Shown here piece by piece: positions 26,301 to 37,800 of a stretch of 64,000 nucleotides of DNA. This DNA comes from a virus: the IMG/VR virus record IMGVR_UViG_3300009431_000003; one strand, 5' to 3'. The translations under genes and the position numbers were made by a program. Every line of letters starts with the position of its first letter. Position 1 is the stretch's first letter. A model generated the notes under the pieces. It had not been told where the DNA came from. It was given only the letters and a program-made list of their open reading frames with translations, and did not search any database.

Positions 26301-28982
26301 CTCAACTCCTTGCCTCTCAATAATGTAATCCCCTCCATACTGAGAATATATTGGGGTAGGACTAACTGCCGCCAGCTCCTGGCCAAGAAGCTTAGTGATA
26401 GTAAACACACCTTTATTATATCCTTCAGTAACTCTTATTCTGTCACCAGGTAGCACACCCCTAGAAAGTAGATAGGCATTGGTCAGTCTAATCTCATCAT
26501 TGTTTGTCCGAGCCTCAAATCCTGTTGCTTTTTCTGAAACAGGAAGTTCCAGGGTATAATCCACATTCTCTGAGAAAGCATAGGGCAGCCTGTCAACTAC
26601 AACTTTAGAGCCATCATCTCGTATCTTATATTTCTGACCGTCCCCGTCCTCTTCAATCTTTGGAGGATCAATCATTTCAAATAGACAAGGTAAACTACGA
26701 ACATCCTCGTCCACCGGAATAGTACTATTCCTAATTATGTACGCAGGTTCTATTCTGAAAACAATACCGTTACCCGCATCAATAAGAGTATCTCCTGATA
26801 CATCCACGCCATAATAGTCGAGTTTGAATTGTTCCGAAGAAACATAGTCAAGCACTTCTTGAGCAAAAGCGTCTGTTGCAGCTATCCCTTCCTCTTCTAA
26901 AATAAATCCTTGAATCTTTGTGGCATCAACAAGCTGCATAAGGATTTCGTTCTCTGGTACATTGAGCTCTGTAGAAAAATAAAAAGGCCTGATGGTAGGC
27001 TCAAACCCAATTTTATCGTTATAGGCGCCTAAAATAGTACAGCCAATCCCAACACCTAGATTTGTTTTGTTAGCGATTATATTAAACACCAGAAGATCTC
27101 CAGCAGATACTCCTTGTTGAACAAAATCTTCCCCGGGAAACTGTAAAGTATTTGATATTCTCCAAGGCACTCCGAGCATACCGGCCACTACTTGACCGCC
27201 CATGTCTATACTAGTAATAGCAAATTCTGTAATATCAGAAACCACAGTATTGTATTCTATAGGGAATGTTCTTCCTTGAATATGAATAAGCCTCGGCACT
27301 GTACTTGTATCTGCAAACACTCTGGTAAGGTCTATAAATCCCGGAGTGTTAATAAGAGTACCTTCTGCATCTTTTTCCGGTACCTCAAAAGGTATATTTA
27401 CTACAGAGGAAAATAAATCGGTGCCGCCAGGAATAAGATACGTTAGCGGAGCAAATATACTAAAATTGGAACTTGTCCATCCTCCTGAGGGAGGAGAACC
27501 GTCCGGCGAGGTTGTATCAATCTTCAATAAGGTAAATTTGAATGCGTAGGGGGCGGACACCCACGGATATGGCTCGCTTTGATGTAAAGGAGGATCTGTC
27601 CACGTTGGAAAAAACCCGCGCACCGTCCCAGATATATCTGAGTGAATTTGCATACCAGGATGTTCAGGTCCTTCAGTAAGTTCTGCACCGTCCCAGACAT
27701 ACGAGGGAGGACCATCCCATGTCTGTGGATCAGCAGGATCATATATCCAGATATCCAAGATTTTATGGAAACCAGAAATTGATCCTTTCTTCACTTCGAC
27801 AAAATCCCCTGCACGTATTCCTGTGGGAAACTCTGAGGGAGTATCTCCATTATCTTCTACCAAAGCTAAATACGGAGAATCTGTGAACCATCGAAGTCCG
27901 CGGGAATAATTTGCACTAATAATCTTTGTGCCGGTACCTTTGACTGTATCTTCTTCCGGCGCCCAAGACCCTGTCCAACCACCTACAGGAAAATTTACCA
28001 TGTAATCGTTTAGAGCTAAAGATCGGCCACGAAACTCAGGAAGAATCTGTATAGATCTATTTAGATCGATGCCTGTTCTTGTACTGGACAATCCCGAACA
28101 ACCAAATTTGGTTCCTTGCGCAGCTAAGTCTGTCCAGTCTGTGCCAAAACCGTCCCGGGTAGGTACAGAAGACAAAAACAGATCTTTTCCTACATGGGCT
28201 TCAGAAACCATACCTGTATATGTACGTATTGTATCTCGATCTGTCGCAAGCCCATTACCAGGTACACCAAGCTGCCCAGTAATACCAGAATCCCCTCCAA
28301 CAGAATGGCCATAAACCATCTTCCAATCTATAGAGAATAAATCAATCTTTGGCACAATTTGGAACCAGTTCCGCCTAGTCTGTTTTTGTATATCTTGGAT
28401 ATTCTTGTCCACATCCATCTGGAGAGCATCAAGCAGTAACGAACCGACAAGTTGTGTATAACCAGACCATGCTGTAGTAAATACTCGCTTGTCGGAAATA
28501 TAATCCCAGGAATCACTCAAGAAGTTCCACATATACTGCATATCAGGGACTTTTCCTTTGCAGTAAGGGACCATCGAAGCGTAGCAGACCACCGTTATAA
28601 GTGCCGGCTCAGAAACATCATCTCCATTAGAGACAACTAACTCAATCTCATAAGACCCTACAATATCTGGATAGAAAGAAACAACAGAACCATCATCATC
28701 TTTATTTGTAAAACCGGTTATTGTTACAGTGCTGGTAGGGGGTACACGAACAAAGCGCCAGCGATAGTCAAGCGGGTTCCCGCTTGGATCATAGCTGGTT
28801 CCACCATTCAAAAGTACAACAGTGCCAATAATTGCTTCATAGACAAGCTTGTCAGCACGAGCAATAGGGCGCTCTTTAGATACAGCAAGGTTACAAGAAA
28901 AGAAGTTGTCTGATCTGCCTTGCTCTACTGTACCAGATAAATACCCAAGTTGTGGGTGAAATGCTGCAGGCTCATGAGCCAT
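23331..28982 (-). CDS. Giant (1883 aa) baseplate-associated protein with N-terminal PKD/Ig-like domain
   Basis: LNGGTSYDPSGNPLDYRW...PDIVGSYEIELVVSNG is a PKD/REJ-type pattern; acidic composition; downstream of the J-like gene. Confidence 0.6.
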   Translation of the reverse strand: MAHEPAAFHPQLGYLSGTVEQGRSDNFFSCNLAVSKERPIARADKLVYEAIIGTVVLLNGGTSYDPSGNPLDYRWRFVRVPPTSTVTITGFTNKDDDGSVVSFYPDIVGSYEIELVVSNGDDVSEPALITVVCYASMVPYCKGKVPDMQYMWNFLSDSWDYISDKRVFTTAWSGYTQLVGSLLLDALQMDVDKNIQDIQKQTRRNWFQIVPKIDLFSIDWKMVYGHSVGGDSGITGQLGVPGNGLATDRDTIRTYTGMVSEAHVGKDLFLSSVPTRDGFGTDWTDLAAQGTKFGCSGLSSTRTGIDLNRSIQILPEFRGRSLALNDYMVNFPVGGWTGSWAPEEDTVKGTGTKIISANYSRGLRWFTDSPYLALVEDNGDTPSEFPTGIRAGDFVEVKKGSISGFHKILDIWIYDPADPQTWDGPPSYVWDGAELTEGPEHPGMQIHSDISGTVRGFFPTWTDPPLHQSEPYPWVSAPYAFKFTLLKIDTTSPDGSPPSGGWTSSNFSIFAPLTYLIPGGTDLFSSVVNIPFEVPEKDAEGTLINTPGFIDLTRVFADTSTVPRLIHIQGRTFPIEYNTVVSDITEFAITSIDMGGQVVAGMLGVPWRISNTLQFPGEDFVQQGVSAGDLLVFNIIANKTNLGVGIGCTILGAYNDKIGFEPTIRPFYFSTELNVPENEILMQLVDATKIQGFILEEEGIAATDAFAQEVLDYVSSEQFKLDYYGVDVSGDTLIDAGNGIVFRIEPAYIIRNSTIPVDEDVRSLPCLFEMIDPPKIEEDGDGQKYKIRDDGSKVVVDRLPYAFSENVDYTLELPVSEKATGFEARTNNDEIRLTNAYLLSRGVLPGDRIRVTEGYNKGVFTITKLLGQELAAVSPTPIYSQYGGDYIIERQGVEKPYIRFLYRFFYPSKPVPEILWCESAFLDNSKAVENIHGYKINLNLKDYEDTDAQLDYLSVVKGLMYVLAKAATIGNIHFGISILLGLPAAIYSSKIIEVDRDYRLDIHTGSRKFGRILLEKVTEHGDGTGEYQAFTYPEGQGETREYYEALLGIEDFEGFEFEEEDWYGITINEATGKPWAVGDIVPAYTVLSNGVKVFDYISNEAWTRMFSSTIPHIEALKYHNWVIMVREDLASEAELDIVYDFLFELGRAKHTNLFLVAQKLLIDYVEINDYFAARLDIRLYDQAGGKIQEPLMMEAKSSTMLPLYFVDSNPFVQLTPMNLRKISLSEVPYGDSLLGDVRAEIIDLEYSEQLSGADTDGNPIYEMLPHITGGFNNRMFMIKDELPDMIEPDILVIDSAQDNAWKGYYHIVHRFDEKTVGLSRVDESLGFGPPPDPVDPYTLFENMHQLPEGYCGGAIQRRIGPFVSLWDIEIQEVDTSWSNQFGQPYTIIEFRVTSGGIYGDGEHIPFLASFIAIGDVLCIPWTEISDAQGQSATIIGAVNEVGDTLPSLDRLAPYGDWSSWGVYKAVINKAFDVPVGTRIESWVFRRGHIEGVVQHEGCVVHATAGTNLPNVELSIGDYPLPSGILQKGVCCLILNGVEYEIIDVRGDSHPRGYYLFPEPLNDDTDTFIEVLLDKQRNRGQVSTVPGPQPANWAIEPPAPYAATHCIYIFSENAGIDPPMEWNSYRPGCDSYPGGLYLVLSFWYNLVDMGNIALRDGVAIYGPFPTTGDFPLSGLIQAYVPKDGHTTVCMAAGMTETPYGPYIVIDESKYEEDHTITTVDEDFSGLILPYKLLFDMFPGPLPTRDNISVSWNMSTHPPDGGPNDGLIALLAFPIPPGFIYNPASPANLMTMLADDAAGVYMWSGGLDWRITGIQTNTLTCYTPISIEEGPHCPGDNKYLLILYYWADPPVGGDPTYVAVPSGLLTPGGGAQVITFGDWLPYPLV

Positions 28983-31572
28983 GATCTATATACTCCTCTG
29001 GGCAAATAATCGCAGTTACTTCTCTACCTCCTTTTACCGCCTCAGCAATCTCATCTTCCATCATCATTGTATATACAACATCCCAACCGTTTGCATATGC
29101 CGCCGTAAAGTATTCCCAATCTACAGAGGTTTCCGCTTGGACAGGCTCAATTACTCCAAATTGAAATGAGGGGGGATCGCTTTCGGGCGTAGGAAGTTGA
29201 ATATCTTTCTCTTTTACTTCCAAAATTCTTCTGTCACCCTGAACATATACAACAACACCATAATCGGGAGTATAAACAACTTTATACTCCCTACGCTGCT
29301 TCCAGTCCACAAAAGCAATATACTGTCGAACACTGGTATCATAAGCCAAAACTTTGTCCCAGAAACCAGCATCAGCAAACTCGCCGTTTACAATAGCTAT
29401 TGCAGGCCCATAAGGTTTTATATTTACTAAACATAAAATAACTGACCCCTTACCGGGAAGATAAGCTGCGGCGCCGACCCCAAGAAAAGAATCATATCCC
29501 CAAGTAGTTCCTTTATGTGAGATATGTTCCGAGACCTGCAGGGCAAATTCCATAACAAATCCTTGTTTACCTGCCTGAGCAAATATAGGATCCTTTTTGG
29601 CATACCGAAATCTTGTTTCAGAGCCTTCGTCTTGTTTCTCTTTAATCATTCGCAGAAAAGGACTTTCGATTGTTGCAGTTCCTACTCCTTGTTTTGTCCA
29701 ACGCAGACAAGAGCAGTCTGGTATATCTGGCGGGGCTGGTAGTTGGTCCGGCAACCAAAGAACACTAGATCCCGGCAATATTTCAGGACGTAAATCATCC
29801 CACCACGCCTCATAAGAAACAATCTTTTTGCGTGTTTCAATATTCTTAAAGTACATATTGGCATCAGATTCTACAGCATCAAGGAAGCCAAGATAGATGC
29901 CGTGATCTGGAGGTACTCCACCATAATGCGGCAAAGTAGCGTTTATTTTATAAAAAATAGGTCTGCCAGGGCTATCCCGATCAATTACATAAACAACATC
30001 CAGTAGTGGGTTGTACACTACTCGTAGTTTTCTAGGTACCCGCCAATCCCCGTAGTCTCTGTCCACAGGTATAAAACTAATTGCCTGGAAAGGGTCTTTG
30101 TCCTCCTGCAAACTAATGTAATGGCCATTGCCGGATTTCATAAGCCTAAAGTTATAGGAGGATTGCCCGTCTGCTATTGAAAACCCCATACCTGTATTTG
30201 AACCGGCTGAAGCATCAAAGGTTCTAACATTTGCGTGGAAGTCTATATCCAATAGCCAGGACGCAGGGGGAAACGCAGAGACTATATTTCCAAAGCCTCC
30301 CCAGGCCACTGAATCAGCCTCTAATATTCCCGCACCTACCAGCGGCTGCTCCTGCAACTCTATTTCGTGCCGAAAGATATACTTTTGGCCATAACCATTC
30401 TTTCCAAACTTAAGCCAGCCACCGGAAATGGTATGTTGCCCCCTCTCGGCAGTATCATAATGTCCCCAGGTCTGAGCGGCTTCCCAAGGAAAAACAGTTA
30501 GACTTCGCGGCATCGGGTATTGCGTAACCCCGTTACCATAAGTATTTATTACTGCCTTATTTTTTGGTACGGCCTTTTCCTCAACAGAGCCACGAACTGC
30601 TTGGCTAGCATAAGGATACAGCCTCATATAATCCAAAACAACTTCCTGTTCTGGAAGAGAATTACTATGTGAAACTATAAGAGATATTTCGTTGCTTATC
30701 TCTCCATAGTCCTGCCGCTTATTTACGCCCCCTCCAAGAATACTTAGATCCGGGTCCCATAAAAGAAGTGAATCAATTCCATTTATATTTCCATCAGGAT
30801 CGCTAACCATTAAAAACAGCCCGTAAGACTCCCCATAACCAAACAAATAGGTCCTGGACCCACCAAGCCATCTGTGTCCAGCCAGTTCATTTATTCCTCC
30901 TGGAATAATAGCAGAGCCGTGATAAAAAGGTGTCCTACCTGCCCCAAAAGCATCCGTAGGAGGACCTGAAATAAGTAAAAAGTCGCCTTGTATGGGATCA
31001 TTACAAAAGAAAACTGTAAGTTGTGCTCCAGTATCTTGAAACAACAAGGAAATTGCCAGACCTGTCCAGTATGAAGGAGCCCAGGGGTACGTTCCAGGAG
31101 GGGCCGGCGCCAAGGTACTCGCGTCTGTACTAATCCCTACTTCTGCCATTACTGCCTGCGCAGGAAGGAGCTGGTCGGTAATAACAATAGCGTCTCCCTG
31201 AAGCAGCCTCGGAGTCTCAAATTCTGGAGGAAAGGAAGAAGGCAAAGAGACCAACCGAAGCTGGTCGGTAAACCCAACAGGTGTCCCTTCAGGGTATTCA
31301 TCCTCTCCAGTGATAGCTAGAATACTTCCGCCGCCCGTAACAACAAAATCATTAAAGGTTGTATAAGATAGTTTTGCTTTGAGCGAGTCAAACTCACTAA
31401 TATCTTCTTTTCTAACATCACATTCATATGAGGCATTTCCTCTGCCAATCAACAAACGAATATCCCCAAAGGACATAACACCATTCCTAAAAGGTGTTCG
31501 ATACCCAAAAGAGGTAATTCCCTGAAGACTAAATGAACTCTTATCAGGTAATGGGTCCCGGTTGACTATCAT
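28972..31572 (-). CDS. Virion structural protein (866 aa), beta-rich
   Basis: Long ORF overlapping the next structural gene; beta-strand/lectin-like patterning; function not assignable. Confidence 0.6.
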   Translation of the reverse strand: MIVNRDPLPDKSSFSLQGITSFGYRTPFRNGVMSFGDIRLLIGRGNASYECDVRKEDISEFDSLKAKLSYTTFNDFVVTGGGSILAITGEDEYPEGTPVGFTDQLRLVSLPSSFPPEFETPRLLQGDAIVITDQLLPAQAVMAEVGISTDASTLAPAPPGTYPWAPSYWTGLAISLLFQDTGAQLTVFFCNDPIQGDFLLISGPPTDAFGAGRTPFYHGSAIIPGGINELAGHRWLGGSRTYLFGYGESYGLFLMVSDPDGNINGIDSLLLWDPDLSILGGGVNKRQDYGEISNEISLIVSHSNSLPEQEVVLDYMRLYPYASQAVRGSVEEKAVPKNKAVINTYGNGVTQYPMPRSLTVFPWEAAQTWGHYDTAERGQHTISGGWLKFGKNGYGQKYIFRHEIELQEQPLVGAGILEADSVAWGGFGNIVSAFPPASWLLDIDFHANVRTFDASAGSNTGMGFSIADGQSSYNFRLMKSGNGHYISLQEDKDPFQAISFIPVDRDYGDWRVPRKLRVVYNPLLDVVYVIDRDSPGRPIFYKINATLPHYGGVPPDHGIYLGFLDAVESDANMYFKNIETRKKIVSYEAWWDDLRPEILPGSSVLWLPDQLPAPPDIPDCSCLRWTKQGVGTATIESPFLRMIKEKQDEGSETRFRYAKKDPIFAQAGKQGFVMEFALQVSEHISHKGTTWGYDSFLGVGAAAYLPGKGSVILCLVNIKPYGPAIAIVNGEFADAGFWDKVLAYDTSVRQYIAFVDWKQRREYKVVYTPDYGVVVYVQGDRRILEVKEKDIQLPTPESDPPSFQFGVIEPVQAETSVDWEYFTAAYANGWDVVYTMMMEDEIAEAVKGGREVTAIICPEEYIDHGS

Positions 31573-31596
31573 AATATTCTTTGGTACCTTCTTTCT

Positions 31597-31893
31597 ATGT
31601 CAGAAAAGAATAATAGATTTAAACAATTAACGGAAGCAGAAATTAAAAAGTGCTTAAATGGTATTCCAGATATTATTTCTCCGAAAGCCGATAAAGAACG
31701 CGAAAAGGCCAATGGTTCCATATGTCCTTCTTGCGGAAGCGTTGGCGGAGCTCTCATTACTCACCCCAAAATACCTTTTCTGCCAAATGCTATTTTACCA
31801 AATCTCGTTGTTCGTTGTGGCTCCTGTCAAACAGTATACGACAAGGCAAGCAAAATCATTACTGAGTCAATCGGGAAGAAGCAACCCGAGTAA
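31597..31893 (+). CDS. Zn-ribbon protein antisense to the structural operon
   Basis: CPSCG...RCGSC; fills the gap between two - strand genes. Confidence 0.7.
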   Translation: MSEKNNRFKQLTEAEIKKCLNGIPDIISPKADKEREKANGSICPSCGSVGGALITHPKIPFLPNAILPNLVVRCGSCQTVYDKASKIITESIGKKQPE

Positions 31894-34800
31894 AGCTAAT
31901 TCCTGGACCAGGAGATAAATCTGTTTCTATTGATTTATTAGAGCCAGGAATAAAGTATGTTGTTCTCCCGGAACCCTTAAACGCTACCTCATTCATACCG
32001 CCCATAATCTTATTTGTCCTATCACCGACCAATCGGCGCCGTAAATCATGGGTCAATGTATAGAGCCATAAATCTCTATCTATAACAGAGACCCCAAGTT
32101 TATATAAAACTCTCTCTATCTCTGATAAAGCCAAAGTATCAGATCCATACAGCCCTTGCATAAGCTCGGAAACCTTTTGATAGAGCACAGAATGCTCTAC
32201 GTCTCCGGCATAGGTCACATTAAGAGATACATATGAGGGAAGGAAGTGTCGAGCAAGCTGATTTGCATTGGTAATTCTTTCAGAGTCAGACGAGATAACG
32301 CTCTGTACTTGTTGGGTATCTACCGACCGAGTATATCCTATTGCCAAATTTCCACCAAATAAGGGAACTTGAAAAATAGGATAATCTTGAGAAGCTTTTG
32401 GAAGTACTCTAGCCGGCAGCCTCAACTTAGGCTCTTCATCTACAGAAAAAGTGTAATTAGGATCGTCCACATCTATACGATACCCGTCCGATTGATATGT
32501 ACCAAGAATAGGCTCAATCCGAGTATTTGCAACAAGATTGGATGCTCCCCCTCCTTGCAGAGAGATAACATCCACATCCATATAATATAGCCCACCCTCG
32601 CGCTGTAATTCCATCATTCCAGCCGTTTTGCGTTGAATGCCCTCTCTTATTAATTTAAAGGGTTGCTGCTCTCCTTGCCAAACTCTGGTGCCTATCTCTC
32701 TATTTTTACTGCGGATATGGAGGGTTGCTTCGTCCGGATCAAGAGTCTTGTCCCATCCCGTAATATCATACAAAGCAGGGTCTCCATTATATATACGAAC
32801 AGGCCTAACTGCCTGATATTCCCCTTTTCCAGTTGCCCCGCCTGTGTTATAGTGCATAGCCGCGCAGCCCATACCACACTTTAATCTAACTGTTGGAGCA
32901 ATTTCTTCTCCAGGAGGCATGGGTCCGGTATACTCATTTCCTGTAATAATATCTACATAAGCAAATTGCGCTGAAGTATCAGGAAAACTCTCTGCCCTAT
33001 CCAGTCTAGCATATACTCCAGGTATTGCCACATCAGTTGCTCGGAAAGCCGGAGCATCATACACTGCCATAATCTGATACGTCCCGTCACAGTCAGCAAT
33101 AGAACTCCCATATAAAGTTACCCATCTGCCGGCATCTTCTTCCGTCAACGGGAATAATAACTCGTCCTCGCTTTCAGCGTCATAAGCAATAGGATAAGCA
33201 AATAAATAATTTCCTTCAGGGTTCTTGTTCTCTCCATACTCCCAAAGCTCTCCTTCTTCTGCATATAAAAAATATGTAGCAAATGCTTTTAAAACTTTTT
33301 GTGTTGTTATGGCTAAAGACTTATCAAGCTCTACAGAAAAAGGATCGACCCATCTAATAATTTTGTACAATCCTTCGTCTTCTCCATCTCCCACAGCAAC
33401 TATATCCCCTACATTTCCTTCAGTCAGGTCAACCATTGGAGGTCTTATATTTATATCACCTACCAATTCAGATAAAACACTGGCCTCTATTCCTGTATGT
33501 ACAGGCTGGGCCTTAACCGAAGGAAACTGAATTACGTTAGATAGTGTAGATGTCTTTACCCCAACAGGAGATATATTATTCATTTCCGGCATCTTCGCAG
33601 AAACTTCCATACGATATGTAGTTGTCCACTTTTCATTTCCGTCATCTATAGTAAGCTTATGCCAACGCGCCCCAATATAAGACAACCAAGAATATAATCT
33701 ACCATACGGTGACCACTCCTCATTGATCTCCAACTTATCATGGTCCGTATCTAATTCTAGTAAAACAGGGACAGGTATATCTACACTACAGAAATTAACT
33801 TTCCCTTCCCAAGGCTCAACAATCTGTAATTCTCTGGGAAGCTCTGTATAATTTGGCTCCCCTGAAGCCGCCTGACCCGGAACCAGAGTATATCTATGTA
33901 ATGGATCTGTCGTAAATAATAACTCTCCGTCTTCGTGCTCAGCTACAAAAGTAGTAGGGTTACTGCACCAGGACGAAGCAGTAAAACTAACCGGATCATT
34001 GAAGAAGAGTCGGACAGCCCCCTTCGCTGGAGTAGCCACCTCATAAGGGGTAAATACATTCCCAGCTATTTTCTTTACCAACTCCCAAGAGTCATTAAAT
34101 ATAGCAGCACCGGTAGCTGTTAAATATCCTCCGCTCCCTTCAGGAGAACCGTCGCCATCCTCACCATAATCATACCCTAAATCAAACAAGGGATCACTAA
34201 GCATCGTACCGGAAGTAAATGCTCCTGCGATAATATCCGTGCCAGCCACAGAAAACATAGAAAATAAATTATATATTAGAATTACAAACCCAGGCATCTT
34301 TCCATTATTAGCATTCAATGCTACAGAAAGAGCATTAAGGATTAATCCTATTCCGGCAGGCGCCACTCCTGCCAACAAATCTTTTCCCTCTACATACGCA
34401 TCAGATATCTTCTGAGCATACTCAAATAAAAGATCAGTCATATCTTCGCCCAAAAGCTTCTCAAACATCGGTCTAAGCTGCTCCAGAAACTCGCCTTCAG
34501 CAATACTCTCCAACAAGGTAGGAATACCGTACCCAGGGGGATCGCCAGGAAAGACACACTCAAGCTCTGCGAGACCGGCCTGGAGTCGTACATCTCTACG
34601 AGCCTCTCTGTCCGGTCCCCAGTAATCCTCTAAGAAGATATAACGTCCTGTTTCTGTATTCTGCCAAGGGATATACTCCCCGTATGCTTCCACCCAACCC
34701 GGCCATTCTCCATCAAGATGTTCCTTCCACCAAGAAGGGGGCGACCCAACAGGATATTTAAGGTTGGCAAAAGCACTCCAATCATCCTCAGAGGGATACC

Positions 34801-37800
34801 AAATTGGTTTAGTAACTGGAGGCTCAAACCTCGGAGGCCAATCAGCAGCATTATGAATGCCTAACATCTTTTTAATAGTTGTTCCAACAAGGCTTGTTTT
34901 TGGGCTGACAAACGGTATTCCTAAAAAATTGATAAACTCATCAAGTCCAGGGATTGCTTCCTCTCCTGTCAAATACTTTTCCAGGAATTCGTCTGGTATT
35001 GTAAAAGAACCATCTTTTGCTGTCGGATCCGGGCCGGAATCAAACCACTCCGGCGGATACTGCCCTAAAACAGGCCACAGTGCTGGATCATCATACAATT
35101 CTTGTGGTGTTGGAAACCTACAAGAAATTATCACATCCGTCTCCGGCCACCAATAAGGAGGAGCTACTCCATTAAGAAAAGGACCTACACCAACAACCCA
35201 TTCTATATAATCTGAATTGGCTGCGGTTATACGACCAAAGTCATTCCACCAATAAGGGGGAGTTGTTGGAATACCAAATCCTTTTACCCAATGTAAGACA
35301 TCTGCCGCAGTAAAAGGATTTGGGAAAGCTGGATTGCCTTCCGTATTTTGGTATATCCAATTCGCCGCGTGAAAAGCGATGATAGAACCCCAGTAATGTG
35401 GAGCATATTCCGGATATTGGTCTGTAGTTCCCGAAGATCCATCAGGATAATCTTTAGGAGTATACCAAACAGGTGGCCATGTTTGTCCCGTAACATAAGG
35501 CCACCACTTAGGCATAGCTCCTTGAGGGGTGGACCAGTTCTCAAATACACCCCCAAAATTCAATTCAATTGGGTAAGTATCCTTAATTAAATAAGAGCCT
35601 TTTGCTTTTCCGTCCCCAATCTTTAGAATGTCTCCCTTTTTTGCATCAAAAATTGGGGAGGGAGTAAGCTCCGGTTTTCGGTAAGCATAATCATACCGTC
35701 CTGGAGGATATAATTCCGGAGTAACTACCTCTTCGGCCTCAGTATCCACACTAAGAGTTAAAGAGCCCCTATTCTGTCTTTCAGTACTTTCCAACCAACG
35801 AGCTATCTCTCCTAGACTAATGTTTGGCAAGCCAAGGAACAGATTATTTTTACCATCAAAGAAAGCTTTAGGGATACAGACCTCAACAATTTTAGCCTGA
35901 CCATGTTCCGGAGGAAAGGTATCAAGGACCATGACAGGAAATACATACCCATCACTAGTAGGATCATAACACTGAAGTAAGGCCAAAGCCTGTAGCCTTG
36001 TATGTCGTAAGGTTGTACCAAAAGGATATTTCTCACTGGCAGCGTCTGTTTCTTGTCCAGGATATTTGAAGGGATCGCCTGTAGCCGGATTATTTGGATA
36101 AGGAGGTGGGTACGTAAGATACTCAGGCTCAAATAATTGCTGTACTGTATAGTCAAATCCAGCATACCCATAATCAGCAAGAATTTCTTCGAATATAGTT
36201 TCTCCGCCCTCACGAGCAATTCGGGCAACCTCTTCAAGATCGAGATTTGTAATACCTTCAGGAGGCTCAATCATATCGAACCAACTGGCAAAATCAGGCA
36301 TCACCAATCCATATTTACCTACAGAAGCTTCTGTTGCTCCAGAAAATGCTTTCTGATTTCTACCATCTACAGGCAACCCGTAAACAGCATCTATTCCCGT
36401 TTTTTGTTGAGAAGAATTTAATATCCCTAAATCGTGAAAAGTAATTACTGGAAACTCAACTCCTTCTTCCCTACGCACAATTCTATATTCAAGGTTAAAC
36501 CTACCAGCCGACATGCCACGGCTGATACGTAGTTTCCTGTTGCTCTCTGGAGAATTATCGATAATTACTCCAAGAACAGAGTACTCGCCCGTATCCGGCC
36601 CCTCATTAATCTGGAGAATATCACCGGCAACCACCCCAAAAGAACCGGCATTCTCATTTAAAGTAACAATGTTTGATCCAGCATCGGTACTTAATCCGGC
36701 TATGTTTTCTCCGTCATAAGGCAGGACAAATCTTTCGATATTACGAAGATCTACAACCACATCCTTAAATATTTTGAATGCTGTCGGATTATCTGGGGCG
36801 AGCGCCCTGTCCACCCATAAATAAGACTCGTTGACTTCCACTGGATCATCTATATCTTCTATACCTACAACAGTAAACAGGCCAAGATTCTCTCCGGAAT
36901 TAATCCATAATTGGTACCCTACACGGACACCAAATTCATATAATCTGCGTCCGACACAATGAAGTCTGTTGGTTTCGTGTAAAGGCACTTCTGGGTGCAT
37001 AGTAGGGTCCACTGCCTCAAGAGTAACCGTGTCGCCATCCCCCAGAGCAATAAACTCAATGGTAGGGATATCTTGAACCCGTAATTCCTTCTCTTCTTCA
37101 TTTAGTCCCCGAAGGTAAATATCCGTATGCCCGCCTATATGAATCTCGTTCTCTGCGACAGTAATTGTACCATAATCAGTTGTAGGATTTTTAATGCCTC
37201 CAGGAATATCAGATAAGGTAATCCTCTGCATGTTGCGTTTCCATACATACGGAGCAGGGATCAGAAAACTTACCGGAAGAATTTTACTCCCATCTACTTC
37301 TGCTCTATGATCCAATTTTGCAACTACAATATTATCGGCAAGAAAAGATAAATCCCCTGCATTGACATATACCTTCTCAATCTCAAAAGTATCATACTCT
37401 TCAGTCCCTGGAGGAAGATCGAACATCGTTGGTGAGTAATATATTTCAAGGAAGTCTCCTTCTTGATGTACATAAGTATTGCCGTCTGCGTCTTGAAATT
37501 TCCAAGTATCAAAGCCAATAAAAATATCCCCAAAAATCAGCCCGGTACCGCTAAATAAAGCGGTCCCAGTTAAAGCTCCTTTTAGAATGTCCCTTTCCAT
37601 TTCTACGTCTCGGTACCCTATAGCAAGAATAGCTCTTAAGTCTGGGAATAGACGATATAAGGTTTTTTGAATACCTTTGCCTGTATTTAGAGATCCTTCC
37701 GCATTCCCAGACTCAGCCTTCCTAAGTAAATCGGCCTTAGTATCTGCGGGAATACCCCCTTTATATCTCTGTTTATTTGTAATACTATGTACGCCTTCTT

